Shown: piece by piece, positions 55,900 through 64,000 of the stretch | How positions within the stretch are numbered: position 1 is the first letter of the stretch | Layout: the number at the start of each line of letters is the position of its first letter | Assembly: GCA_965218785.1 (NCBI GenBank) | Contig: OZ244650.1 | Location: 512,001-576,000, forward strand | Direction of reading: 5' to 3' | DNA: 64,000 nt | DNA from: Nitrosopumilus sp. | Lineage (GTDB): Archaea > Thermoproteota > Nitrososphaeria > Nitrososphaerales > Nitrosopumilaceae | The notes under the pieces: model-generated | The model's input: only the letters and a program-made list of their open reading frames with translations | Databases searched by the model: none | What the model was told of the DNA's origin: nothing | Program-made: the position numbers and the translations under genes

Positions 55900-56922
55900 T
55901 TGACAAATGCGATCAGTGTATTGCATTCAATAGAAACAAAATCCCTCACAAAATCGTTTGGAAGCGTGACTGCCGTTGATGACGTATCCTTTTCAGTTCA
56001 AAAAGGCGAGATCTTTGGATTCCTGGGACCCAACGGCGCCGGAAAAAGTACCACGATAATGATTCTAACAACGCTGCTAAAACCGACGTCTGGCCAAGCC
56101 CTGATCTCCGGGTTTGATGTAATGACAGATGCAAAACATGTAAGGGAGAATATCGGATACGTGCAGCAGGAAACGACTGTCGATGAATATCTGACCGGGC
56201 GGGAGAATCTCCTGCTGCAAGCAAAACTCAATCATATCCCAAAATCTGAAATTGACAGGAGAATTGACGAGATTCTGAATCTGATCGAGCTTGGTGAGAA
56301 GCAAGACGACTCCGTAGTTACCTACTCTGGCGGCATGAGAAAGCGCTTGGATATTGCAGGCGGTCTTTTGCACAGGCCAAAAGTATTGTTCCTTGATGAG
56401 CCAACAGTGGGCCTTGATATTCAGACCCGTAGAAAGATTTGGGAGTATATCCGAAGAATCCATGATGAGTTTGATATGACCATCTTTCTTACAACTCATT
56501 ATATGGAGGAGGCAGATCAGCTCTGCGACAGAATTGGGATAATTGATGGTGGCAAAATTCAGGTAATTGATTCTCCGGCGAATATGAAAGCTGCAATGGG
56601 CAACGAGGTAATTTCCATAATCTTTGAAGGTCAAAACCGTGATTCATTCCTGTCTGAGCTGCAAAAAATTGAATCTATAAACAAAATTAATCAAGACGGC
56701 TCTAAGCTTACCTTGTTTGCATCAAATGGAACAAAAGTCATCCCAAAAGTTTTTCAAATCTCCTCCGAGCTTGATATTAAAATTACCTCCATCTCACTTA
56801 CACAACCGACACTCGATGACGTATTCATCTCTTACACCGGACATGAAATCCGGGATGATGATGCTAATTCCGGCTTTGATAGAAAACGTGAGCATGTAAA
56901 AATCAAGAGGCGGCGTACATGA
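55900..56922 (+). CDS. ABC exporter ATP-binding subunit (DrrA-like)
   Basis: GPNGAGKST, YSGGM, LDEPT and TTHYM motifs. Confidence 0.93.
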   Translation: MTNAISVLHSIETKSLTKSFGSVTAVDDVSFSVQKGEIFGFLGPNGAGKSTTIMILTTLLKPTSGQALISGFDVMTDAKHVRENIGYVQQETTVDEYLTGRENLLLQAKLNHIPKSEIDRRIDEILNLIELGEKQDDSVVTYSGGMRKRLDIAGGLLHRPKVLFLDEPTVGLDIQTRRKIWEYIRRIHDEFDMTIFLTTHYMEEADQLCDRIGIIDGGKIQVIDSPANMKAAMGNEVISIIFEGQNRDSFLSELQKIESINKINQDGSKLTLFASNGTKVIPKVFQISSELDIKITSISLTQPTLDDVFISYTGHEIRDDDANSGFDRKREHVKIKRRRT

Positions 56923-57704
56923 ATACTGTGATGTATGATACATACACAATTTTCTGGAGGGAGTTAAAGCGGTACAAAAAATCCCGAAGCGGGGTTTTAA
57001 TCAGGTTAATCCAGCCTGCGATTTGGATTATAGTGATCGGAAATACTTTTTCAGGAACCCAGCCGCTGATTGAGTCCGTTGGATTTCAGGGGGAATACAT
57101 TGAATTTATGGCCCCCGGCGTCATTGTTCTTACTGCGATTTTTACTAGTATCTTTGGTGGTGTCAACACGTTATGGGATAGACGGTACGGTTTTATGAAC
57201 AAGGCATTAACCTCGCCGATCTCCCGTTCTGCAATCGCCCTGGGAAAGATGTCTGCAATTTCCATGATTGCCGCCCTGCAGGCTAGCTTGATTCTGGGAA
57301 TCGCCCTGGCAATCGGAGTCAATTTCCCAAACCCCATCATGATTGTGCCGATTATGGCAGTCGTCATCTTGTTCTCGCTGGGATTTTCAGGAATTTCAGT
57401 ACTAGTTGCAGCGACTGCAAAGTCCCAGGAGACATTCTGGGGCATGATCAATTTTCTTGGAATGCCGTTGTTTATGCTAAGCCCTGCGCTATTCCCATTA
57501 GAGCTACTGCCAGACTGGCTTGCCACGATTGCAAGATTGAATCCTGTTACCTACACTGTTTTGCTGGTAAGGGAGATGATGACCGGAGTCTCTGAAGGGG
57601 GAGTTCCCGTATTGCTCAGCCTTGGAATAATCTTGGCATTCGTGCTTGCAATGGTGGGTCTGGCAAGCTATGTGTTTACACGTGAAGTAAACAAGCCATT
57701 CTGA
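56919..57704 (+). CDS. ABC-2 type permease (DrrB-like)
   Basis: About six TM segments; FMAPG, LPDWL and NPVTY motifs. Confidence 0.92.
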   Translation: MNTVMYDTYTIFWRELKRYKKSRSGVLIRLIQPAIWIIVIGNTFSGTQPLIESVGFQGEYIEFMAPGVIVLTAIFTSIFGGVNTLWDRRYGFMNKALTSPISRSAIALGKMSAISMIAALQASLILGIALAIGVNFPNPIMIVPIMAVVILFSLGFSGISVLVAATAKSQETFWGMINFLGMPLFMLSPALFPLELLPDWLATIARLNPVTYTVLLVREMMTGVSEGGVPVLLSLGIILAFVLAMVGLASYVFTREVNKPF

Positions 57705-57774
57705 TAGAAAATTGACAAAAATTGCAACATTTACAACCCCACGCATGGTTCTTTAATTCTGTCATCATAACCTG

Positions 57775-59343
57775 TTGAAATTAATCCTTGGAACAGTAAT
57801 GTTCTCTGTACTGTTGTTAGCCGGCTCCTTTTCCCAAGACTCATTTGGGTTTGGAGACTATGATCTTATCTCAGAATTTGGCTCATTTGGAATATCCAAA
57901 TCCGGTCATTTCTCGCATCCTCAATTTATTGCCGTAGGGGATGATGGTAGCATCTATGTTGGTGATTTTGGAAACAAACGCATTCAAAAATTCTCAGATA
58001 GCGGTAAATACATTGCTGAATGGGGCAAAAGTGGAAAACAGGCCGGAGAATTCCGCCATCCGACCGGAATTGCAGTATCTGCTGATTCTGTTTTTGTTGC
58101 AGACCGCGAACTGCATAGAATTCAAAAGTTTTCAACTGACGGTGAATTCATTGCTGAATGGGGTCAAAAAGGAATCTATGATGGACAGTTTCGATTTCCA
58201 AATGGAGTTGCCGTAAATAATGGAACCCTTTATGTCGTTGACACGGGCAACTACCGGGTTCAAATGTTTTCAACTGACGGGGAATTTATTTCATCATTTG
58301 GTTCTAGTGGACTTGGAGAAGGTCAACTACTGACTGGAATCGGCATTGATATTGACTCAGAAGGCAACGTTTATGTCGCTGATAGAGGCAACGGTAAAAT
58401 TGAAAAATTCACTGCTGACGGGGAATTTATTGAATCATTAAAATTCACTGCACACGATTATGTCTTTTTCCCTGAAGCAATAGCAATTGATCCTAACGAT
58501 GTGATATTCATTGCTAATGCCGGAAATAGTAGAATCCTACACTTGGGTCCGGGCTCTGATTTGTCATTAAACTATATTGAACAACACGGTCCATATCCTG
58601 ATTCGTTTGATCTCCTCGGTGGTCTGGCAATAGGATCTAACGGTCAATTGCTTGCTGTGGACTCGCTAAAGCATAAAATCAACTCTTTTGAAACACCGTT
58701 TTACATAGAACCTGAGATTGTCGATTCTGTAGAAATTCCCGTAGTTGAGGTTGTGGTAAAGGAACAAAAAAAGCCTGAAATTACCGCCCCACCTTCGTTG
58801 ATAATCGAGGCCGAAGACCTGCTAACTAGCGTATCTTATGGCGAGGCAACTGCAACTGATGGTGATGGCATCAAAAAAATCATCAATAACGCCCCAGAGG
58901 CATTTTCGCTGGGCATCACAAACATAATTTGGATTGCATTTGATAACGTGGGTTATTCTTCTAGCGTATATCAGACAGTCAATATACAGACATGCGGCAA
59001 GGCATACTATGACTATAACTTTATTGAAGGAACTCCCGGCGATGATGTAATAGATGGTACAGATGATGATGATCTAATCTTTGGACTGGAAGGAGATGAT
59101 CTTATCTCCGGCGGCCTGGGAAACGACTGCATCTTTGGAGGCTCCGGTGATGATACACTCTCCGGTGGTGATGGGGATGATACAATCAAAGGAAATTCCG
59201 GCAATGATATTCTAAAAGGAGAACTTGGCGATGATGTAATTTATGCCGGCTCTGGTTTTAATGAACTAGATGGCAACCATGGTTATGATCGATGTTATCC
59301 CTCAGAACTCAACCGTGATCTGCTGTCAGACTGTGTGGAATAA
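57775..59343 (+). CDS. Secreted NHL-repeat beta-propeller protein with HYR-like domain and RTX-type Ca-binding repeats
   Basis: F..P.GIAV....YVAD..N.RIQKF repeats; PEITAPP..ATATD; GGxGxD nonapeptides. Confidence 0.88.
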   Translation: MKLILGTVMFSVLLLAGSFSQDSFGFGDYDLISEFGSFGISKSGHFSHPQFIAVGDDGSIYVGDFGNKRIQKFSDSGKYIAEWGKSGKQAGEFRHPTGIAVSADSVFVADRELHRIQKFSTDGEFIAEWGQKGIYDGQFRFPNGVAVNNGTLYVVDTGNYRVQMFSTDGEFISSFGSSGLGEGQLLTGIGIDIDSEGNVYVADRGNGKIEKFTADGEFIESLKFTAHDYVFFPEAIAIDPNDVIFIANAGNSRILHLGPGSDLSLNYIEQHGPYPDSFDLLGGLAIGSNGQLLAVDSLKHKINSFETPFYIEPEIVDSVEIPVVEVVVKEQKKPEITAPPSLIIEAEDLLTSVSYGEATATDGDGIKKIINNAPEAFSLGITNIIWIAFDNVGYSSSVYQTVNIQTCGKAYYDYNFIEGTPGDDVIDGTDDDDLIFGLEGDDLISGGLGNDCIFGGSGDDTLSGGDGDDTIKGNSGNDILKGELGDDVIYAGSGFNELDGNHGYDRCYPSELNRDLLSDCVE

Positions 59344-59445
59344 ATCCGAGCGTTATGCTTGTTTGATAATTGAAGATTAACAACATGCAATCTTTCAGAT
59401 CATAATAAGGGATGTGATCACACACTTCCCGATATATTGGTCGGG

Positions 59446-59475
59446 GATCAATTACGTCTACTCTGATCTATATAG
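59446..59475. promoter_or_regulatory. Candidate phosphate-regulon motif upstream of pstS
   Basis: GATCAATT...TCTGATC/ATCTATATAG also occurs upstream of pstC (61100-61131). Confidence 0.4.
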
Positions 59476-59530
59476 TTGACCATACTATATGTTTGTTAAC
59501 TGTAAATAAATTTTAAAACAACGTACTCTA

Positions 59531-61078
59531 ATGAGAAAAAAAATAACATCACTTCTAATGATCGCAGCCTTGGTTGCCATCGTACCGCCATTAAACGCAG
59601 CTGCTGAATCAATGCCACAGATACCTGATGCAGATCGGGATTACAATCTAGTCGGAGCAGGTGCAACGTTTCCATTCCCGTTAATTGATTTGTGGAGAGT
59701 CGAATACAACAAAATTTACGACAATGTAAATCTAAACTACCAGTCAATTGGAAGCGGCGGTGGAATTAAACAACACATTGAAAAAACCGTAAATTTTGCA
59801 GCCTCGGACAAGCCCATGAGTGAGGCTGAAAGGAACCTGGCGTCTGGAACACTGCACATTCCAGAATCCCTTGGGGGCGTAGTAATGGTATACAACATTC
59901 CTGAAGTTCCAGACAGCGGTCTTAATCTGACTGCCGATGCCATATCTGGAATCTTTCTGGGAGACATTACAAGATGGAACGATCCCGCTTTAGTTGCAGA
60001 AAACCCCGGATTGAACCTCCCTGACAGGGAGATAGTTACCGCACACAGATCCGACGGTGCTGGAACCACTTTCATATTTACCGACTATCTATCCGTAATC
60101 AGCCCAAGATGGGATGAGCAAATAGGCGCGGGAAAATCAGTTCCATGGCCCTTTGGTCTTGCCGCTGCGGGAAATGAAGGCGTTGCAGGCATTGTAAAAT
60201 CCACAGAGTACGCAATTGGCTACATTGAACTTGCATATGCGTTCCAAACAGGAATGAGTTATGCATCCGTTCAAAACTCTGAAAAATCCGCATTCATTGA
60301 ACCCTCATTAGACAGCATCTCTGCGGCATCTAGTGGAATATCTGATTCGTTACCTGCAGCCCAAGACAGCTGGGTGGGAGTATCGCTAGTCAATGCACCG
60401 GGTTCTGATTCCTACCCTATCACTAGTTTCACATACCTGCTTTTGTATGGTGATCTAAAACCAGTGACAGAAAGCAGGGAACAGGCAAAGGCTGTAATCC
60501 ATCTGGTTAACTGGATGATTACAGACGGTCAGGAATTATCATCAAGCCTGTTATATGTTCCACTTGCCGAAAAGATAACAAAACTTGGACAGGACGGACT
60601 AAAACAGGTGACTTATGATGGTGTGGTCCTTTGGGACGGCACCGGGACATCTGCAGATTCAAAAGATACACAGGAGACAGAACAGGTGAACGTGTATAAT
60701 AACGATAACGGATGTCTTATTGCTACTGCAACATATGGCTCTGAAATGGCGCCACAGGTTCAGATGTTGAGGGAAATTCGTGATAGTCAACTGCTCAATA
60801 CCGCATCTGGTATGTCCTTTATGACCGGATTCAGCGAGTTGTACTATTCATTCTCGCCATATATTGCAGACATGGAAAGATCCAATCCCGCATTCAAGGA
60901 AATGGTAAAGATTGGAATAACCCCGTTGTTGTTGTCCTTGTCAATAATGCAACATGCTGAATCTGACTTTGAAGTGCTCGGATACGGTATTGGCGTGATT
61001 CTGATGAATCTTGGAATGTATCTTGCAGCGCCTGCCATGCTGTTTTACGGAATAACAAAGAGAGTACGACATTCTTAA
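59531..61078 (+). CDS. pstS: Phosphate ABC transporter substrate-binding protein with C-terminal CFI-box-CTERM domain
   Basis: GAGATFP, YQSIGSGGG, HRSDGAGTT and GNEGVA motifs; C-terminal GCLIATATYGS..V..LR..RD..YYSFSP plus TM. Confidence 0.95.
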   Translation: MRKKITSLLMIAALVAIVPPLNAAAESMPQIPDADRDYNLVGAGATFPFPLIDLWRVEYNKIYDNVNLNYQSIGSGGGIKQHIEKTVNFAASDKPMSEAERNLASGTLHIPESLGGVVMVYNIPEVPDSGLNLTADAISGIFLGDITRWNDPALVAENPGLNLPDREIVTAHRSDGAGTTFIFTDYLSVISPRWDEQIGAGKSVPWPFGLAAAGNEGVAGIVKSTEYAIGYIELAYAFQTGMSYASVQNSEKSAFIEPSLDSISAASSGISDSLPAAQDSWVGVSLVNAPGSDSYPITSFTYLLLYGDLKPVTESREQAKAVIHLVNWMITDGQELSSSLLYVPLAEKITKLGQDGLKQVTYDGVVLWDGTGTSADSKDTQETEQVNVYNNDNGCLIATATYGSEMAPQVQMLREIRDSQLLNTASGMSFMTGFSELYYSFSPYIADMERSNPAFKEMVKIGITPLLLSLSIMQHAESDFEVLGYGIGVILMNLGMYLAAPAMLFYGITKRVRHS

Positions 61079-61195
61079 TCCACCTTTTTTTATTTTTGAG
61101 ATCAATTCGCGATCTGATCGAATCTATATAGAACTATACCCTCCACATAAAACACGATGGGATCCTAGATAACTCCATTTTCATGCTCAACAGAT

Positions 61196-62173
61196 ATGGG
61201 CAATATAAGATTCAAACAAAAAAAGCCAAAAAGACATTCAATCTCTGATAAAATCTTCAAAGTCTGTGCAACGGCTGCAGGTGTCTTTGTTTTAGTGATG
61301 ATAGTCTTGCTGGTCTTTCAGCTGATCTCTGAATCGTATCCTATCTGGGAAGAAGAGGGACTTGGATTCATCACTGGTACTGATTGGAATGCAGTAGAAG
61401 GACGCGAGTCCTTTGGCGTCCTGCCATACATCCTGGGAACACTAGTTACCGCATCTCTTGCCATGGTAATAGGTGTCCCGCTGAGTATTGGTATTGCAAT
61501 GTTCATCTCTGATGCTCCAGCAAAGATTGGCGGACCTCTGGGATTTCTAGTTGAACTCTTGGCCGCCGTCCCAAGCGTGATTTACGGGCTGTGGGGCCTC
61601 TTTGTTTTTAGAATTTATTTTAAGGACTGGATTGAGACGCCGCTTCACAATGTCTTTGGTGATTCAATCTGGCTGTTTTCTGGCACCCCCTTTGGCTTGG
61701 ATATTATCACTGCAAGTATTATCCTGTCTATAATGATCATTCCGACAGTCTCCGCAGTATCACGTGAAGTGATGAAGGCAGTTCCCCAGCAGCAAAAGGA
61801 GGCCGCATACATGCTTGGTGCGACAAAGTGGGAGATGTTCAAACTCGCAGTCTTTCCGTACTCTAAAACCGGCTTGATTGGCGCGTCAATTCTCGGACTG
61901 GGAAGAGCAGTCGGTGAAACCATGGCAGTAACAATGCTGATTGGAAACGCCACGGGGCTTTCTGCAATCCCATCCTCGTTATTCAAACCGAGTCAGACCA
62001 TGTCCAGCATCATTGCAAATGAATTCGTTGAAGCGTCTCCTGCATCATTGCACCTTCCCGCACTGATTGCAGTTGCCCTGGTTCTGCTGCTCATTGCAAT
62101 TGTAATCAATATCGTAGCACATGTCCTGGTTACTAGAATGCTCAAGGTAAAGGAGGGTGCTATCAACAATTGA
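61196..62173 (+). CDS. pstC: Phosphate ABC transporter permease PstC
   Basis: ELLAAVPSVIYGLWG and LGLGRAVGETMAV motifs. Confidence 0.96.
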   Translation: MGNIRFKQKKPKRHSISDKIFKVCATAAGVFVLVMIVLLVFQLISESYPIWEEEGLGFITGTDWNAVEGRESFGVLPYILGTLVTASLAMVIGVPLSIGIAMFISDAPAKIGGPLGFLVELLAAVPSVIYGLWGLFVFRIYFKDWIETPLHNVFGDSIWLFSGTPFGLDIITASIILSIMIIPTVSAVSREVMKAVPQQQKEAAYMLGATKWEMFKLAVFPYSKTGLIGASILGLGRAVGETMAVTMLIGNATGLSAIPSSLFKPSQTMSSIIANEFVEASPASLHLPALIAVALVLLLIAIVINIVAHVLVTRMLKVKEGAINN

Positions 62174-63102
62174 GCATCACAAATCAACGAAGACAGGAAT
62201 ACAGGGCCATGTTCAAACAGAATGTGGAAAAACGGCTCGCCGTCGACAAAATTGTCAGAGTCATAGTATTTGCTTGTGTGGTAATTGCGATTATTCCACT
62301 GGGCAGCATTCTCATCGAGGTCTTTAAAAACGGTATAACTGCAATAAGTTATGAATTTCTAACTCAGACACCCGGCTCCATTGGTTCAGGTGAGGGTGGA
62401 ATCGGGCCTGCAATTCAGGGCACCCTGATAATAATCGGACTCTCCAGTCTGATTGGAGTCCCGATAGGTGTCATGTCCGGAATCTTTCTGGCCGAATACG
62501 GTGATAACAAACTTGCAAGATCAATTCGTTTCTTCAACGACGTGTTTATGGAATTCCCGTCAATCGTTCTTGGAATATTTGCATTCCTGGTAATCGTACT
62601 GATTCTTGGACACTTTTCAGTATGGGCAGGCGCGTTTGCATTGTCGTTGATCATGTTCCCAATCGTTGCTAGAACCACCGAGGAATCACTCAAGATGGTT
62701 CCTGTAACATATCGCGAGGCGGGAACCGCGCTGGGTCTTAAAAAATGGGTGATTACATTTAGAATCGTAATCTCTGCTGCCAAAAGCGGAATGATCACCG
62801 GAATCCTGCTCTCCGTATCTAGAATAGGCGGCGAGACTGCACCGTTAATTATGACTATTCTTGGCAGCAGCCAGTTCTTTAGCAGCATGGATGTCCCGAT
62901 GGATGCGCTTCCTCTGAGAATTTGGAGGCTCTCCCTGCTACCCTATGATAGTGCGCAGCTTCAGGGATGGGGTGCTGCACTAGTTCTGATCTTCATCATT
63001 TTGGGAATTAATCTTGCCGTGAGATACTTTTTTGCAGACAGGAGGCAAAGAAACAGGTTATTCAGAGAGTTAATTAAGAAAGGAATGAGGTCTAAAAATT
63101 GA
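62170..63102 (+). CDS. pstA: Phosphate ABC transporter permease PstA
   Basis: [18 protein letters not shown] and RIGGETAPL motifs. Confidence 0.96.
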   Translation: MSITNQRRQEYRAMFKQNVEKRLAVDKIVRVIVFACVVIAIIPLGSILIEVFKNGITAISYEFLTQTPGSIGSGEGGIGPAIQGTLIIIGLSSLIGVPIGVMSGIFLAEYGDNKLARSIRFFNDVFMEFPSIVLGIFAFLVIVLILGHFSVWAGAFALSLIMFPIVARTTEESLKMVPVTYREAGTALGLKKWVITFRIVISAAKSGMITGILLSVSRIGGETAPLIMTILGSSQFFSSMDVPMDALPLRIWRLSLLPYDSAQLQGWGAALVLIFIILGINLAVRYFFADRRQRNRLFRELIKKGMRSKN

Positions 63103-63935
63103 CAGCGTTGAGTAGCAAACCATCTAACATAGACATGCAGATGATATCTGATCCTCCCCCCTCCACAAACGGCTCTGAAAAATATAAAATGATTGCAGAG
63201 AATGTAACCATAAGTTATGATGGTATCGCAGCCGTCAAAAACGTAACAATGAAGTTCAAAGAAAAATCAGTCACCGCCCTGATTGGCCCTTCGGGCTGTG
63301 GAAAAACCACGTTCCTCCGATGTCTTAACAGAATGCATGACATGACAAAGAATGCAAAAGTTGAAGGTAAAGTCATGATTGATGACATTGATCTTTATGA
63401 TAAATCAGTCGATCCCATTTATCACAGACGAAAAGTCGGCATGGTATTCCAAAAACCAAACCCGTTTCCGACAATGTCTATTTATGATAATGTCACTGCG
63501 GGCCTGAAACTAAACGGAGTCAGAGATAAAAAAATCCTCAATGAGATTGTCGAGGACACGTTAAAGATGGCATATCTCTGGGATGAAGTCAAACATGATT
63601 TGAAAAAATCTGCAATTGAACTATCTGGTGGCCAGCAACAGCGTCTTTGCATTGCAAGAGCGTTGGCGATTCAACCCGAAGTCCTGCTGATGGATGAGCC
63701 GGCATCTGCCCTGGATCCGATTGCGACCCAAAAAATTGAGGAGACTATAACAGAACTAAAAAAAGAATATACTATAATTATTATAACTCACAACATGCAG
63801 CAGGCAGTCAGGGTTTCAGATTATACTGGATTTATGTATCTAGGTGACTTGATTGAATTTAGGGAAACAAAAAAGCTTTTCACGGATCCTAAAAACGATT
63901 TGACTGCAAAATACGTTCAGGGGCAATTTGGATAA
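63099..63935 (+). CDS. pstB: Phosphate ABC transporter ATP-binding protein PstB
   Basis: [30 protein letters not shown] and THNMQQA motifs. Confidence 0.97.
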   Translation: MTALSSKPSNIDMQMISDPPPSTNGSEKYKMIAENVTISYDGIAAVKNVTMKFKEKSVTALIGPSGCGKTTFLRCLNRMHDMTKNAKVEGKVMIDDIDLYDKSVDPIYHRRKVGMVFQKPNPFPTMSIYDNVTAGLKLNGVRDKKILNEIVEDTLKMAYLWDEVKHDLKKSAIELSGGQQQRLCIARALAIQPEVLLMDEPASALDPIATQKIEETITELKKEYTIIIITHNMQQAVRVSDYTGFMYLGDLIEFRETKKLFTDPKNDLTAKYVQGQFG

Positions 63936-63941
63936 ATAATA

Positions 63942-64000
63942 ATGACCCGTTTAATTGATCCCTCCCTGGAAAAGCTCTCATCTATCATGGCTGATATGGG
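63942..64000 (+). CDS. phoU: Probable phosphate regulator PhoU, 5' end (truncated by window)
   Basis: MTRLIDPSLEKLSSIMADM.. immediately after pstB; call rests mainly on synteny. Confidence 0.65.
   Translation, partial: MTRLIDPSLEKLSSIMADM

Overview
Chromosomal segment of an ammonia-oxidising archaeon (Nitrosopumilaceae-like Thaumarchaeota/Nitrososphaerota). The assignment is inferred from gene content and order, CofE, the IPxWxKNNAGWWA surface-protein module and a CFI-box-CTERM domain. Most of the window is core genome: argF; the L18-S5-L30-L15-secY-adk-EMC3-cmk-cbf5 cluster; 2-oxoacid:ferredoxin oxidoreductase; two tandem aconitase-family (Hac/Leu) gene pairs; rpoD-L18e-L13-S9; the SBDS-exosome-L37Ae-Pcc1-prefoldin-XPF cluster; three tRNAs (Ser with an intron, Gly, Glu); and an ABC exporter plus pstSCAB-phoU. 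The standout is an AT-rich island of about 5 kb (about 24.2-29.1 kb) between the divergent rpoD and SBDS genes. It carries an IS66 remnant, a wHTH-like/PD-(D/E)XK nuclease, and a translationally coupled pair: a MORC-type GHKL ATPase whose C-terminus resembles a type IV TA (AbiEi/DUF6577-like) antitoxin domain, and an AbiEii/MenT-like nucleotidyltransferase toxin. Several operator-like palindromes lie in the shared promoter region. This is a candidate undescribed ATPase-gated defence/TA system. Several small unannotated Cys-rich or basic micro-ORFs were also found, including a metallothionein-like peptide and a C2H2-finger peptide with a perfect 25-bp palindrome upstream. All family calls come from motif recognition by eye; no searches were run.
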